The position numbers and the translations under genes were made by a program. From the NCBI GenBank assembly GCA_030647355.1, contig JAUSIS010000013.1, forward strand, positions 48,353 to 112,352: a stretch of 64,000 bases of DNA. The letters run 5' to 3'. How positions within the stretch are numbered: the stretch's first letter is position 1; the number at the start of each line of letters is the position of its first letter. The notes below the pieces were generated by a model, which worked only from the letters and a program-made list of their open reading frames with translations, searched no databases and was not told where the DNA came from. Shown in pieces: positions 1 through 9,915 of the stretch. This stretch comes from a bacterium. GTDB taxonomy: Bacteria > Patescibacteriota > UBA1384 > VFKW01.

Positions 1-855
1 AAAGAAAACGATTCAGTTATTTTCTTCAACTTCAGACCAGATAGAATGCGTCAATTAGTAGAGCTTTTCCTTTTTCCCAGAAGCGATATGCCGGACAAAC
101 TGACTCTTAAAAAACTGCACCCAGTATCTATGACCAACTATAACGAAAGCATGCCGATCGACGTCGCCTTTCCGCTCCAGCACGTAAAATCTACTGTTGC
201 CAAGATAATTAGCGAAAATCATATGACCCAACTCCACATTGCTGAAACGGAAAAATATGCCCATGTTACTTATTTCTTCAATGGCGGCTACCCCCAAATC
301 AACCCTGGTGAAAAATGGCAGCTTATTCCTTCCCCGCCCGTACCAACATTTGATAAAAAACCTGAAATGTCAGCCCAGCAAATAACAGATTATGTTATAG
401 AACAGAACAAAGCTACACCATTTGATTTTATCCTCATTAATTTCGCCAACGCCGATATGGTGGGACACACCGGCAACTACAAAGCGACCGTCAAAGCAAT
501 CGAAGCTATAGACCGCCAACTAGGTTGCCTAACCAAGACCTTTCCGGATAGCTACTTATTAATAGGAGCCGATCACGGCAATGCCGAAGAAATGATTGAT
601 TCGCAAACAGGCGAAACCAATACCGGTCATTCAATAAATCCAGTCCCCTTTATTATCGCCCACCCATCCCTCAAACTCTCCAAACCTCAACCGAAAACTA
701 CCGATCCGGCAGCTATGATTGCCGACATTGCTCCGACTGTTCTCGCCCTCTTAGGGTTAAAACCCTCCGCCGAGATGACTGGCATCAATCTACTTGAAAA
801 CATGGGACCCCAAATATCCCAAAAAATCAACCATCAAATAACGGATAAAGGATAG
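1..855 (+). CDS. gpmI: 2,3-bisphosphoglycerate-independent phosphoglycerate mutase, C-terminal part (5' end outside window)
   Basis: Frame 1 is open from base 1 (KENDSVIFFNFRPDRMRQLVELF...). It carries the iPGM motif FANADMVGHTGN and a C-terminal phosphatase-like domain. Basis is my recall of the family. Confidence 0.8.
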   Translation, partial: KENDSVIFFNFRPDRMRQLVELFLFPRSDMPDKLTLKKLHPVSMTNYNESMPIDVAFPLQHVKSTVAKIISENHMTQLHIAETEKYAHVTYFFNGGYPQINPGEKWQLIPSPPVPTFDKKPEMSAQQITDYVIEQNKATPFDFILINFANADMVGHTGNYKATVKAIEAIDRQLGCLTKTFPDSYLLIGADHGNAEEMIDSQTGETNTGHSINPVPFIIAHPSLKLSKPQPKTTDPAAMIADIAPTVLALLGLKPSAEMTGINLLENMGPQISQKINHQITDKG

Positions 856-864
856 GGCTTCAAA

Positions 865-1659
865 CTAATCGAGTCTAAACAATCTTTCAGCATTTGCTGT
901 TGTTTTTTGAATTACCAATTGGGGATCAATGTGACGAACTTCGGCAATCCTCTCTGCCACATATCTAACATTGTCTGGTTCGTTGCGTCTACCCCGCACT
1001 GGAGCCGGAGCAAGGAACGGACTATCAGTCTCAATAACAATTCTATCCAAATCCGCCTCCCGCACTGCCCGTAGAAGCTCCTCATCTTTTGTATAGGTAA
1101 TAAGTCCCGTAAAACCAATATAAAACCCCAGATCAATTATCCTTCTGGCTTGCGATAAATTACCGGTAAAGCAATGAACCACTCCACATCCCTTGGCTTG
1201 AAGAGTTAAAATCTCAATAACTTCATCAAATGCATCTCGACAGTGAATAATTGCCGGGAGCCCATGGCGACCAGCCAATCGCATAGCTTCAATAAAGAAA
1301 TCAACCTGAAATCGCCGCTCTCCTTTCAACCGAAAAAAATCCAAACCGATTTCCCCTAACGCTACCACCTTTTGCTCACCCATCTGGCAATCAAGCTCTG
1401 TCAATTTATGTTCTAGATCAGTCTTACAGTATTTTTGCACGTTAATTGGGTGAAAACCAACTGCCGCCCATACATTTTTCCATTTATCCGCCATCTCAAC
1501 TGCCTTCTGGTTAGTTTCTAGATCAACACCAACAACTATCATTTTTTTCACGCCAGAATTTACTACTCGCTTAATAACTTCATCTCTGTCCGAGTCGAAG
1601 TCAAGAAAGTTCAGATGGCAGTGTGTATCAATGAGATAAGGAGTCAATATATGAGACAT
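865..1659 (-). CDS. tatD: TatD family metal-dependent hydrolase/DNase
   Basis: N-terminal DTHCHLNF metal-binding motif and a TIM-barrel hydrolase pattern. It lies adjacent to metG as in B. subtilis (yabD). Confidence 0.85.
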   Translation of the reverse strand: MSHILTPYLIDTHCHLNFLDFDSDRDEVIKRVVNSGVKKMIVVGVDLETNQKAVEMADKWKNVWAAVGFHPINVQKYCKTDLEHKLTELDCQMGEQKVVALGEIGLDFFRLKGERRFQVDFFIEAMRLAGRHGLPAIIHCRDAFDEVIEILTLQAKGCGVVHCFTGNLSQARRIIDLGFYIGFTGLITYTKDEELLRAVREADLDRIVIETDSPFLAPAPVRGRRNEPDNVRYVAERIAEVRHIDPQLVIQKTTANAERLFRLD

Positions 1660-2482
1660 AAACGATACATCCTAAAATTATTACTGACGAAAATATTGTT
1701 TTCCAACTCACTCTCTCCTTGAAATACTTCGCCGAGATCATATATAGAATGATAGGCGATGCGATTAAAAACAAGGTAGTTTTTACTATCCCAAAATCCT
1801 TATAACCATAAAACCGAAAAATCATATATGCCGCCCCCATTACCGCAGAGAGTACCGTAAGCTTAACATTTTCCCTGGAAGCTAAATTAAAATGCGGCCG
1901 AAAAACAATCACGTAGCACAAAAAAACAAAACCCGTTCTGAAAGCGTATAAGCTGACCGGCGAATAAACCTTAAGTAGTTCATTGATTACAATTGCCTCA
2001 ACTGCCATTAAAAATACAGCGATTAAGAGATTTACCGAATAACTATTGAATTGAAAATGCCCTTTCTCTATTTTTGCCGCTATAAGGAATATCCCAGCCA
2101 CAATCGCAGCAATAAATACACGAATATCAACTTGAGTCGGAGAGTAAATAGACGCTAATATTATCGTGGCCAATGGCGCAAGCATTATAATCATTTCGTG
2201 CTCATGTAACTTTTCCTTCTGGATACTCACTGACGCCAGATAATTCCAAGTCACAGCTAAAAAAATCATCGTGATGAAGAGTATCAAATATTTTGGCTGA
2301 AATACTAATGCATGATCAACTGCCCCCAGAAAAGGCGTAAGTAGTGCCGATATAAAAAAAATAAATAAGAAAACTAGTGATAGATAAAGACCTATCGACA
2401 TTCGTTTCCTTGCTAAAACAATCTTATCTATAGTAAGACCTAATGTATTAGCTACCATAGCAACTATAGGAATGAGAAACAT
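1628..2482 (-). CDS. integral membrane protein, DMT/EamA-like (about 10 TM)
   Basis: 284 aa, almost entirely hydrophobic helices in a duplicated 5+5 arrangement. No catalytic motif recognised. Confidence 0.4.
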   Translation of the reverse strand: MFLIPIVAMVANTLGLTIDKIVLARKRMSIGLYLSLVFLFIFFISALLTPFLGAVDHALVFQPKYLILFITMIFLAVTWNYLASVSIQKEKLHEHEMIIMLAPLATIILASIYSPTQVDIRVFIAAIVAGIFLIAAKIEKGHFQFNSYSVNLLIAVFLMAVEAIVINELLKVYSPVSLYAFRTGFVFLCYVIVFRPHFNLASRENVKLTVLSAVMGAAYMIFRFYGYKDFGIVKTTLFLIASPIILYMISAKYFKERVSWKTIFSSVIILGCIVYVSYIDSLSH

Positions 2483-2504
2483 TACAGCCCTCCAACTTTA
2501 GTCC

Positions 2505-3923
2505 CTATCCCTTGCCGCCTATTCTCAAAAACAACGGCTTCGGCTCTAAACTCTCCAATTGCCGGTTAATTTCCTTGCTCGTTTCAGGCATAAACGGTAT
2601 CAAACATTTACTTATGACCCTCATATAGTTATGAATAATATTTAATATCTCTGCACATTTTTTCGGATTTTTCTCAGCCAAATCCCACGGCTTATTATTC
2701 TCAATCAACTTATTAAGCCATTGTACTATTGCATTAATTTTAGTAAGCGCTAACACAAAATCCATCTCTTCAATTGCCATATTTACAATCCCGACTAATT
2801 CAATATCTTCATAATCACCTTTTGGTTTAATGTTTACTCTATATTTATTAATCATAGTCAAAGTTCTCTGCAGTAAATTCCCCAGATCATTTGCCAGATC
2901 AGCATTATATGTCTGGGTCATTCTCTCCCAAGAAAAATCACCATCTTTGTCAAAAGACAACTCCTTCAAAAGTAAATAACGAGTCGCCTCTTTGCCATAT
3001 CTCTCAATCATATCCGAAGCCTTTACCACATTTCCCAGCGTCTTAGACATTTTCTGTCCGTCAACTGAAATAAAACCATGCACATAGATTTTCTTTGGCA
3101 ATTGATCATTTTCATAGCCAGCCGCCATCAACATTGCCGGCCACAGCGCCGCATGAAAACGCAAAATATCCTTCCCGATAATATGTAAATCGGCCGGCCA
3201 GTACTTCTTTGGATACAAATAATTAGTTAGGGCGTCAAACCACACATACATCACATGCATTGGATCATTGGGCACTTCGATCCCCCAATTCAGCTTTTCT
3301 TTCGGCCGGGAAATACTAACATCTTCCAATCCGCTTTTCAGCAAACTCTTAACCTCATTGAATCGGAAATCCGGCTGAACAAATGTTGGATTATCTTTAT
3401 ATAATTTCTCTAACTTCTCCTGAAAAGCCGCCAGCTTAAAAAACCAATTCTCTTCTTCGACAATCTCGGGAATTAAATTTGGATGATTGGGACATCGCTC
3501 ATTAACTAACTCGCTTTTGTTCTTCATCATCTCGCAGCCAACGCAGTACACCCCCGAATAAAACTTTTTATATATATAGCCGTTTTCCAATGCCTTAGAC
3601 CAAATTTCTCGCGCGTTCTTCTTGTGCTCCTCGCTGGTCGTTCGAATAAAATAATCATAGGTAAGGTTCAGCTGCACCTTAAGATCCAAATATTTCTCAA
3701 TCAGCTTATCAACAAATTTCTTTGGCTCCATTTTCGCTTTAACGGCATTCATCTGCACACTAAACCCGTGTTCGTCAGCACCCGTCAAGAAAAAAGTATC
3801 ATCTTTCAGCACATCCCGATGATATCTAGCCACTACATCAGTCGCCAAAATCTCCTGACCATACCCGATATGCGGCTCGGCATTGATATAAGCAATTGAA
3901 TTGGTAACATAAAACTTCTTCAT
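2505..3923 (-). CDS. metG: methionyl-tRNA synthetase (short form)
   Basis: Class I synthetase HIGH-type motif (PHIGYGQE) and KMSKS motif (KMSKTLGNVV), with a Cys-rich zinc knuckle CVGCEMMKNK...CPNH. Confidence 0.9.
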   Translation of the reverse strand: MKKFYVTNSIAYINAEPHIGYGQEILATDVVARYHRDVLKDDTFFLTGADEHGFSVQMNAVKAKMEPKKFVDKLIEKYLDLKVQLNLTYDYFIRTTSEEHKKNAREIWSKALENGYIYKKFYSGVYCVGCEMMKNKSELVNERCPNHPNLIPEIVEEENWFFKLAAFQEKLEKLYKDNPTFVQPDFRFNEVKSLLKSGLEDVSISRPKEKLNWGIEVPNDPMHVMYVWFDALTNYLYPKKYWPADLHIIGKDILRFHAALWPAMLMAAGYENDQLPKKIYVHGFISVDGQKMSKTLGNVVKASDMIERYGKEATRYLLLKELSFDKDGDFSWERMTQTYNADLANDLGNLLQRTLTMINKYRVNIKPKGDYEDIELVGIVNMAIEEMDFVLALTKINAIVQWLNKLIENNKPWDLAEKNPKKCAEILNIIHNYMRVISKCLIPFMPETSKEINRQLESLEPKPLFLRIGGKG

Positions 3924-3926
3924 TTA

Positions 3927-4592
3927 TTACTCTCCGGTAACTGGTGGAACCGCAGCCGATTCGTCTTGAGAATTAGTTGTATTGCTTATTTCTCCGCTAT
4001 CCACACGCTCAACAATATTCTTAATTAAATCACTGCCTCGAAGCTTATTCTCTTGATTCTCTCCAAACGCCCGATGCACCTGTGCCGTTCCCGAGGTTGA
4101 AGTAGCCTCTACGGCCCCGCGCACCGTCGGTAAACCTGTCTCATTGCCTGAATTTGGCGTTGCCGATTCCGATATAGCTGGTTGGGTTGGTAAAGATTCA
4201 GTACTTGCAGATGTTTTTATTTGGTTTGCGTCATTTAATATAGACTCTTTGGGCGTTGGCGTTCCCGACGGACTAATGTTTGCCGGTTTGGGCGATTCAA
4301 CCATTGGTGTAATTGGCTGTATCGTCCTATATCTCGATCTCGATGCCTGCCCTAAAATATTTCCTTGATTAGTCTGCAGAAAATCTGCCTTAAATTGCTC
4401 TGATTTTGCTACATTGGCCGTACTCCCCGATATATTTACATTACCATAAGCATCAAGCTTGATATTTTTCGGATCAATCTGTACACCATAATTTCTAGAA
4501 GTATCTCGAGCTAACTTTGATAGCCCCGCCTTATTCAATATTTGTTTTGGATCTTTAGGTTTGAAACTAAAACTTACATTCTGTGAAGGCAT
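3927..4592 (-). CDS. hypothetical Ser/Thr/Pro-rich low-complexity protein
   Basis: 221 aa ORF packed tightly between metG and rsmI. Composition is low-complexity S/T/P/N-rich. No recognisable domain. Confidence 0.4.
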   Translation of the reverse strand: MPSQNVSFSFKPKDPKQILNKAGLSKLARDTSRNYGVQIDPKNIKLDAYGNVNISGSTANVAKSEQFKADFLQTNQGNILGQASRSRYRTIQPITPMVESPKPANISPSGTPTPKESILNDANQIKTSASTESLPTQPAISESATPNSGNETGLPTVRGAVEATSTSGTAQVHRAFGENQENKLRGSDLIKNIVERVDSGEISNTTNSQDESAAVPPVTGE

Positions 4593-5242
4593 ATTACAAA
4601 CTCCCCTCTTTTTTCTATTTGGGGTAAAGAAGCGACTATCTTCTTTAGATCTCCCCGTATAATTGTTTCGTGCATTTTTGTTAATTCCCTACCGATTACC
4701 ACTTGCGCATCCACACCGAAATAATTTAGCAGTTCAATCATTGTTTTCTCAAACCGTTGCGGTGATTCATAAAAAATTATCGGCCTCTTCTCTTTTTGAA
4801 GCGCTTTTAGTAAAGTCTGACGCCCTTTTTTCTTCGGTAAAAAACCCAAAAACAGGAACTCGTCAGAATTAAAACCCAACACAGAAACCAGCGTTGTCAA
4901 AGCCGACGGACCGGGAATCGGAACCACCTTAACACCAGCTTCTATCGCCGCCGCCGCCAACACTCCGCCCGGATCGCTGACCCCTGGTGTACCAGCATCG
5001 CTCACCAGAGCGCAAGATTCACCACTTATTAACCTTCCAATTATCCAATCCACTTTCGAAATTTTGGAATGTTGATGATATGAAACCAATGGCTTGTTAA
5101 CAAAATAGTGTGATAACAAAATTCCTGAATGCCTGGTATCCTCGCAAGCTACAAAATTAACTGATTTTAATATTTCCACCGCCCGATAGGTAATATCCCC
5201 TAAATTACCAATCGGCGTAGCAACTATATAAAGTGTTCCCAT
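4574..5242 (-). CDS. rsmI: 16S rRNA (cytidine1402-2'-O)-methyltransferase
   Basis: N-terminus GTLYIVATPIGNLGDITYRAVEILKSV...EDTR is the tetrapyrrole-methylase-fold RsmI signature. Confidence 0.85.
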   Translation of the reverse strand: MGTLYIVATPIGNLGDITYRAVEILKSVNFVACEDTRHSGILLSHYFVNKPLVSYHQHSKISKVDWIIGRLISGESCALVSDAGTPGVSDPGGVLAAAAIEAGVKVVPIPGPSALTTLVSVLGFNSDEFLFLGFLPKKKGRQTLLKALQKEKRPIIFYESPQRFEKTMIELLNYFGVDAQVVIGRELTKMHETIIRGDLKKIVASLPQIEKRGEFVICLHRM

Positions 5243-5303
5243 CGATTTTAGCTTAACAGATAAGATTTAGCTTGACAATAGTAGGCCTCACGGCAAGTTT
5301 TTC

Positions 5304-6677
5304 CTAGAAAAATGAATATATAGTAGCTACTCCAGCCACTGTCATTAGCCCTGCACACAACCAACCTAATATTTTCGAACCCATACCGCTGGCATGCACA
5401 CCCATAATTTTCTTACTTGAACTAGTAAGCACAATGATGATAAGAAGAAGCGGCGCTGCCAAACCATTAGCCACCGCCGCATAGATTAATGCTTTTATCG
5501 GATCCAGACCAATAAAATTTATCCCTAATCCTACCAGCGTAGCAATTATTATTACCCCGTAGAATGCCGATGCTTTCTTTAATTCATAATGTAAACCTTC
5601 TCTCCATCCAAAACTCTCTGACAAAGCATAGGAAATGCTCCCCGCCAAAACCGGAATCGCTAATAGTCCAATGCCGATGATTCCCACTGCAAATAGTAGA
5701 TAGGCATTGTCTCCGGCAATCGGTCGCAGTGCGTCTGCCGCATCGGAAGCAGTCGCGATATTAGTTATCCCAGCTTTATACAACACTGATGCGCATACCG
5801 AAACGATAAAAAACATCACTGCATTTGAATAAAACATCCCTGACCAGACGTCTGTCCTCATCTTTTTTAGCTTCTCCGGCGTTACACCGTCCTGCCTAAG
5901 TTTTATTGTCACCTCACCCAACAAGGTCTCTTCTTCAACTTCCTGGGAAGCTTGCCAGAAAAATAGATATGGCGAAATAGTCGTTCCTAAAATCCCGCAA
6001 ATCAAAATAATCTGTTCTTTTGATAAACTTAAAGATGGAATCACCGTACTTCGTAGTGCACTCACCCAATCCATCTTCACAGTTGGCAGAAATGCTGTAA
6101 TCACATATGCTATTAGCACAAACGATAGGTACTTTAAATATTTTGAATAAACTTTATAACTAACAAAAATCTGTAAAAATAGCGTTAGGATGGTAAAAAA
6201 TACTGCCAAAAAACCAAATGCAATTGCCGGCGTTAGTAATCTCATCGCCTCGGACATTGCCGCTATATCCGCTCCAATATTAAAAGTATTAGCGGCAAAT
6301 AGTAATAAAGTCGCTGCAATTAACACCCATCTTGGAAAATAATTTTTAATATTCGCCGCCAAACCTCGGCCCGTTACAATCCCGATACGCGCACACATCT
6401 CCTGCACACCGGCCATCAAGGGAAAAGTAAATAACGCTAACCAGTTTAACTGAAATCCGTATTTTGCTCCTTCTTGAGAATATGTAACTATTCCTGAACA
6501 ATCGTCATCGGCCGCCCCAGTCGTCAATCCCGGTCCCAGAGTCTTCCAATATGCCTTCGCTTTTTTAGCCGGCTCATCCATATTTAATTTCTCGCCAATA
6601 GTTTCCGAGACTTCCATCGTTTTTTCCAAAACAAGAGCCGGCGCTTCTACTACTTTTTCAATAATACTCTTACTCAT
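5304..6677 (-). CDS. mntH: Nramp family divalent metal (Mn2+/Fe2+) transporter
   Basis: Conserved Nramp motifs GPGLTTGAADDD and MAGVQEMCARIG. About 11 TM helices. Confidence 0.85.
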   Translation of the reverse strand: MSKSIIEKVVEAPALVLEKTMEVSETIGEKLNMDEPAKKAKAYWKTLGPGLTTGAADDDCSGIVTYSQEGAKYGFQLNWLALFTFPLMAGVQEMCARIGIVTGRGLAANIKNYFPRWVLIAATLLLFAANTFNIGADIAAMSEAMRLLTPAIAFGFLAVFFTILTLFLQIFVSYKVYSKYLKYLSFVLIAYVITAFLPTVKMDWVSALRSTVIPSLSLSKEQIILICGILGTTISPYLFFWQASQEVEEETLLGEVTIKLRQDGVTPEKLKKMRTDVWSGMFYSNAVMFFIVSVCASVLYKAGITNIATASDAADALRPIAGDNAYLLFAVGIIGIGLLAIPVLAGSISYALSESFGWREGLHYELKKASAFYGVIIIATLVGLGINFIGLDPIKALIYAAVANGLAAPLLLIIIVLTSSSKKIMGVHASGMGSKILGWLCAGLMTVAGVATIYSFF

Positions 6678-6695
6678 CGCCCCTCGCTTCTCTTT

Positions 6696-7532
6696 CTAGC
6701 TTAAATCCTTCATAGTATTAGTCAATGATTTCCACTGTATAGTGTCTAAATCCTCTGCTCTGAGCTTCGGATCAATCTGCGCCTTAAATAATATCTCTCG
6801 AATTTTGGCTGGCTCCAAATGCAAACCTCCTGCTAGAGAATTAATTAGCTGCCGTCTTTTTTGAGAAAAACCAGCTTTCACCACTTTTAAGCAAGCTGAC
6901 ACATCAATATCCGTGGGTTGCCTAATATCATCTATTATTAAGATAGCGCTTGCCACTTTTGGCCTCGGAAAAAAATGTTCTGCCGGTATAAAACGTGAAA
7001 TCTGAGCTCTCCCGAACAACTCTACCAGTATAGTTACCCACCCCCTCTTAGCGCTTCCGGGTTTAGCCGACAATCTCTCCGCCACTTCTTTCTGTACCAT
7101 AACTACCATCTTAGAAGGCAACAAACCTGATTCCAAAAATCTCCGAATCGCTGGAGTAGTTATTTGATAGGGCAAATTAGAGACAACCTTGAACAATCCC
7201 CCCAACGGTAGTTCTTCTTTCAGAAAATCGCCCACTATCAATTCTAAATTATTATACTGCGGCAAAATTTTCTCCCTGACCACTTTCGCTACTCGCGCAT
7301 CCATCTCATAGGCAATAACTTTACCTGCCTGCTGGCACAATTCCTGAGTCAGAGTTCCTATCCCTGTGCCAATTTCTACTACCGTGTCTTCGGAGTTTAT
7401 ATCCGCAGCTTCTACCATCGCCACTAAATCTTCCTTATCAACTAAAAAATGCTGGCCAAGCGACTTCTCAAGTCTTAAGCCATACTCATTTAAGATCCTT
7501 GTTAATACTTCTCTCTCTGTAAAATCAATCAT
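6696..7532 (-). CDS. rsmA: 16S rRNA (adenine1518/1519-N6)-dimethyltransferase
   Basis: Motifs LGQHFLVD and the SAM-binding VVEIGTGIGTLT, characteristic of KsgA/Dim1. Confidence 0.9.
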   Translation of the reverse strand: MIDFTEREVLTRILNEYGLRLEKSLGQHFLVDKEDLVAMVEAADINSEDTVVEIGTGIGTLTQELCQQAGKVIAYEMDARVAKVVREKILPQYNNLELIVGDFLKEELPLGGLFKVVSNLPYQITTPAIRRFLESGLLPSKMVVMVQKEVAERLSAKPGSAKRGWVTILVELFGRAQISRFIPAEHFFPRPKVASAILIIDDIRQPTDIDVSACLKVVKAGFSQKRRQLINSLAGGLHLEPAKIREILFKAQIDPKLRAEDLDTIQWKSLTNTMKDLS

Positions 7533-7586
7533 ATAAACTTCAATCCTGCTAATTTTCTATATACCATACTCTTCTTTTTCTTGGTC

Positions 7587-7720
7587 GTTAGGAGATTATT
7601 CATTGAGCACCTATCACAGGCGAGCAAGCTTGGTGTCGCTTCAGTGACTTGCGAGCCGAGGTAGAGAGGCAATTTTCGCTGGAAAAATTGAACGCGTGTG
7701 CTCAAGAATAATCTCCTAAC
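7587..7720. repeat. TIR-flanked dispersed repeat, copy A (about 134 bp) in the ksgA 5' region
   Basis: 23-bp terminal inverted repeats: gttaggagattattcattgagcac at 7587-7610 and gtgctcaagaataatctcctaac at 7698-7720. The core is about 80% identical over about 95 bp to 44374-44507 (shared caattttcgctggaaaa-ttg-acgcgtg). Confidence 0.55.
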
Positions 7721-7726
7721 ATCCCG

Positions 7727-8749
7727 CTATCTCCCTAAATCCCCGCAAATCCGACTCGTATTAGGCCACTTAGTATATCGGCTTGCCCATGCTTTAGCAG
7801 CTGCATTAATTTGAGCATAAGGATCGAAAATATCATGATCACCCCAACCGGATGCTGACCAAGTGCGGTTATCATATTGAAACAGGCCCCTATACTTGCC
7901 ATGGGTTGTCTGAGCATAGGGATAACCCCCCGATTCGCACATCATAACTCGGTACATCGCATCCGGATCCGCTCCATATTTAACCGCGGCTTCATTAATC
8001 CAATCTTTATACGGACCATCGAAACCAACCGGTTTCGTGCCTATTGAAACAAGCTTATCTCTGACCTGACTCACCATCTTATCTTCCAAAAGCTCTCTTT
8101 TAATCTCACCGCCCTGTAGCTTCACCACCCTCCACTTAAGCTGCCTATCGCCTATTATTCCTGCCTCTTTTATTCTGACCTTACCGCTAGGTAGCCATGG
8201 ATCGTCCTTAACTACAACATTAAAAGGAGTATAAAAATGTTCGACTTGTATCCCATCATCCGCCCGAGTAATATTGATAGTCATTCCGGGTTCAATAAGT
8301 GCTGATTTATTGGGCGTAATGACATCATATTCCCCAAGTTCGATTTCCTTCTCGGCTAAAAAATCACCGACTCTCTTTCCCCAGGTTCTATACGTGATAG
8401 ATTGCCCATTATCATTAAGTAATACGGACGATGCCCTCCGCACAGTGATCTGGCTTCCCACACCCAATCTGGGATCGGGAAAGAAATCAACATGATCTTC
8501 CGGAAAAACTAAAATCCTTTCTTCCTCCAGCATCCTGACCGAATCACTAAGTTTACTATTGGAAAAATAGACTTCAATTTTGGCTGGCGCTCGCTTTTCT
8601 ACATAATCAAAATCCGCCCGTCCTTCACGAGAAACAAGGTTTCGAGATATTGCCTTAACCGAAATATCACTAGCTCCCTTAACAATCCCCAATCTCGAAC
8701 TCTTGGGCTGGGTACTTGGGAAACGATTATAAAATCCCACTGCAGGCAC
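7727..8749 (-). CDS. RpfB-like secreted cell-wall protein (DUF348 + G5 + Rpf-type transglycosylase domain)
   Basis: N-terminal TM or signal segment. G5-like repeats are present. The C-terminus CESGGYPYAQ...GLFQYDNRTWSASG matches the Rpf/lytic-transglycosylase-like catalytic Glu region. Confidence 0.7.
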   Translation of the reverse strand: MPAVGFYNRFPSTQPKSSRLGIVKGASDISVKAISRNLVSREGRADFDYVEKRAPAKIEVYFSNSKLSDSVRMLEEERILVFPEDHVDFFPDPRLGVGSQITVRRASSVLLNDNGQSITYRTWGKRVGDFLAEKEIELGEYDVITPNKSALIEPGMTINITRADDGIQVEHFYTPFNVVVKDDPWLPSGKVRIKEAGIIGDRQLKWRVVKLQGGEIKRELLEDKMVSQVRDKLVSIGTKPVGFDGPYKDWINEAAVKYGADPDAMYRVMMCESGGYPYAQTTHGKYRGLFQYDNRTWSASGWGDHDIFDPYAQINAAAKAWASRYTKWPNTSRICGDLGR

Positions 8750-8856
8750 AATACCAAATATTATTACTAAAATAATAAAGTGGCGCTTAAAAATCCTTCC
8801 CTCCCTTTTATTTAATTATAGCAAATAGCAAAAATCTATATAGTGGATAATAAAAA

Positions 8857-9780
8857 CTACAACACTTTCTCTACACGAACCCTTGGAATAAGCCCTTGCG
8901 AAAGAGGAACTCCTAATGCTTCAAATGCTCCGGTAGATAAATCAATTACCCGATCGCCCCTTAACCCTCCACCCGAAGATGTCACTTCAATACTCTTACC
9001 ATTAGCCAAATTTGTAACCCTTAATCGCGTCCCTTTCGGCACCAAATTACAGGCACCGATCATTCGACTGGTTCTCACGTAATAACTCGCTACACCAGTT
9101 GCAACATTAGCAGTCAAGACTTTAGTTCCTCTTATAACCACTGCATCAACTACTTCTTTAATAATCTTATCACTTATCAAATCTTTAGAAACCAGCTTAC
9201 CATTTTCACGTCTTATCTGGTAAATACATTCCCGTAGACCATTCACCCCTGCCGTCTTTACTTTACTTTTACCTTTATCCAAACTAGGATCATTCTCATA
9301 AATCGTTTTGAAAGAAATTTTTGTATTCTCTGTAATTTGACTCTCGGTTACACGAATAATTTTCACTACTAAACTATTGGAAATATTAGTAGCTAAAGAA
9401 GGATTAACCAAATCTTTATCCCCAACCTCGATTGATTTCTCTTGAAATAAACCACCTACCGTGCCCGCCCAAGTCCGATAATTCACTTGTTCATTTCCAT
9501 CATAAACAATAACCGGAGTAGCTCTATGAATACTGATAATACTCCCCATCCCTAGTTCAGGATCGGGAAATAGCTTGACCTTATCTTCCGGATAAACCGT
9601 GACTTGCAAAGCATCGAGCATATCCCCTATTTTCCTGTATCTATCACTGCCCATATATGTTTCTTGGGGATGATTACTATCGCTCGCTGCTACAGCACCC
9701 AAAACAAAGCCCTTACCCGCAACTAAATCAGGCTGCTTTCCCCTATTAACAAAAAATAGAACGGCAAAACTGGCAATCAA
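8857..9780 (-). CDS. YabE-like protein (DUF348 + G5 + RlpA-like double-psi beta-barrel)
   Basis: N-terminal TM segment. The C-terminus ASYYVRTSRMIGACNLVPKGTRLRVTNLANGKSIEVTSSGGG...VIDLS is an RlpA/3D-type DPBB. It is a paralogous arrangement to the preceding gene and sits next to ksgA as yabE does in Bacillus. Confidence 0.65.
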   Translation of the reverse strand: MIASFAVLFFVNRGKQPDLVAGKGFVLGAVAASDSNHPQETYMGSDRYRKIGDMLDALQVTVYPEDKVKLFPDPELGMGSIISIHRATPVIVYDGNEQVNYRTWAGTVGGLFQEKSIEVGDKDLVNPSLATNISNSLVVKIIRVTESQITENTKISFKTIYENDPSLDKGKSKVKTAGVNGLRECIYQIRRENGKLVSKDLISDKIIKEVVDAVVIRGTKVLTANVATGVASYYVRTSRMIGACNLVPKGTRLRVTNLANGKSIEVTSSGGGLRGDRVIDLSTGAFEALGVPLSQGLIPRVRVEKVL

Positions 9781-9915
9781 ACAAAATATTATTATAATTC
9801 GAACTCGGTTTATATACCCTCCGAAAGCTACAAAACCAATATTACCAGTGACTTCAAAATAGTCAATAGTGTACTAGGGTAGTTCGCTAGCCCTCGCCTT
9901 GTTTCAGCATCACCG

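Noticed and set aside
55-5000. Short antisense ORFs inside gpmI, tatD, metG, the S/T/P-rich ORF and rsmI (55-297, 912-1136, 3624-3899, 4144-4368, 4663-4872)
   Set aside because: They are embedded antisense in well-supported genes with no independent signals. The same reasoning applies to the many similar short ORFs in the table across the window.
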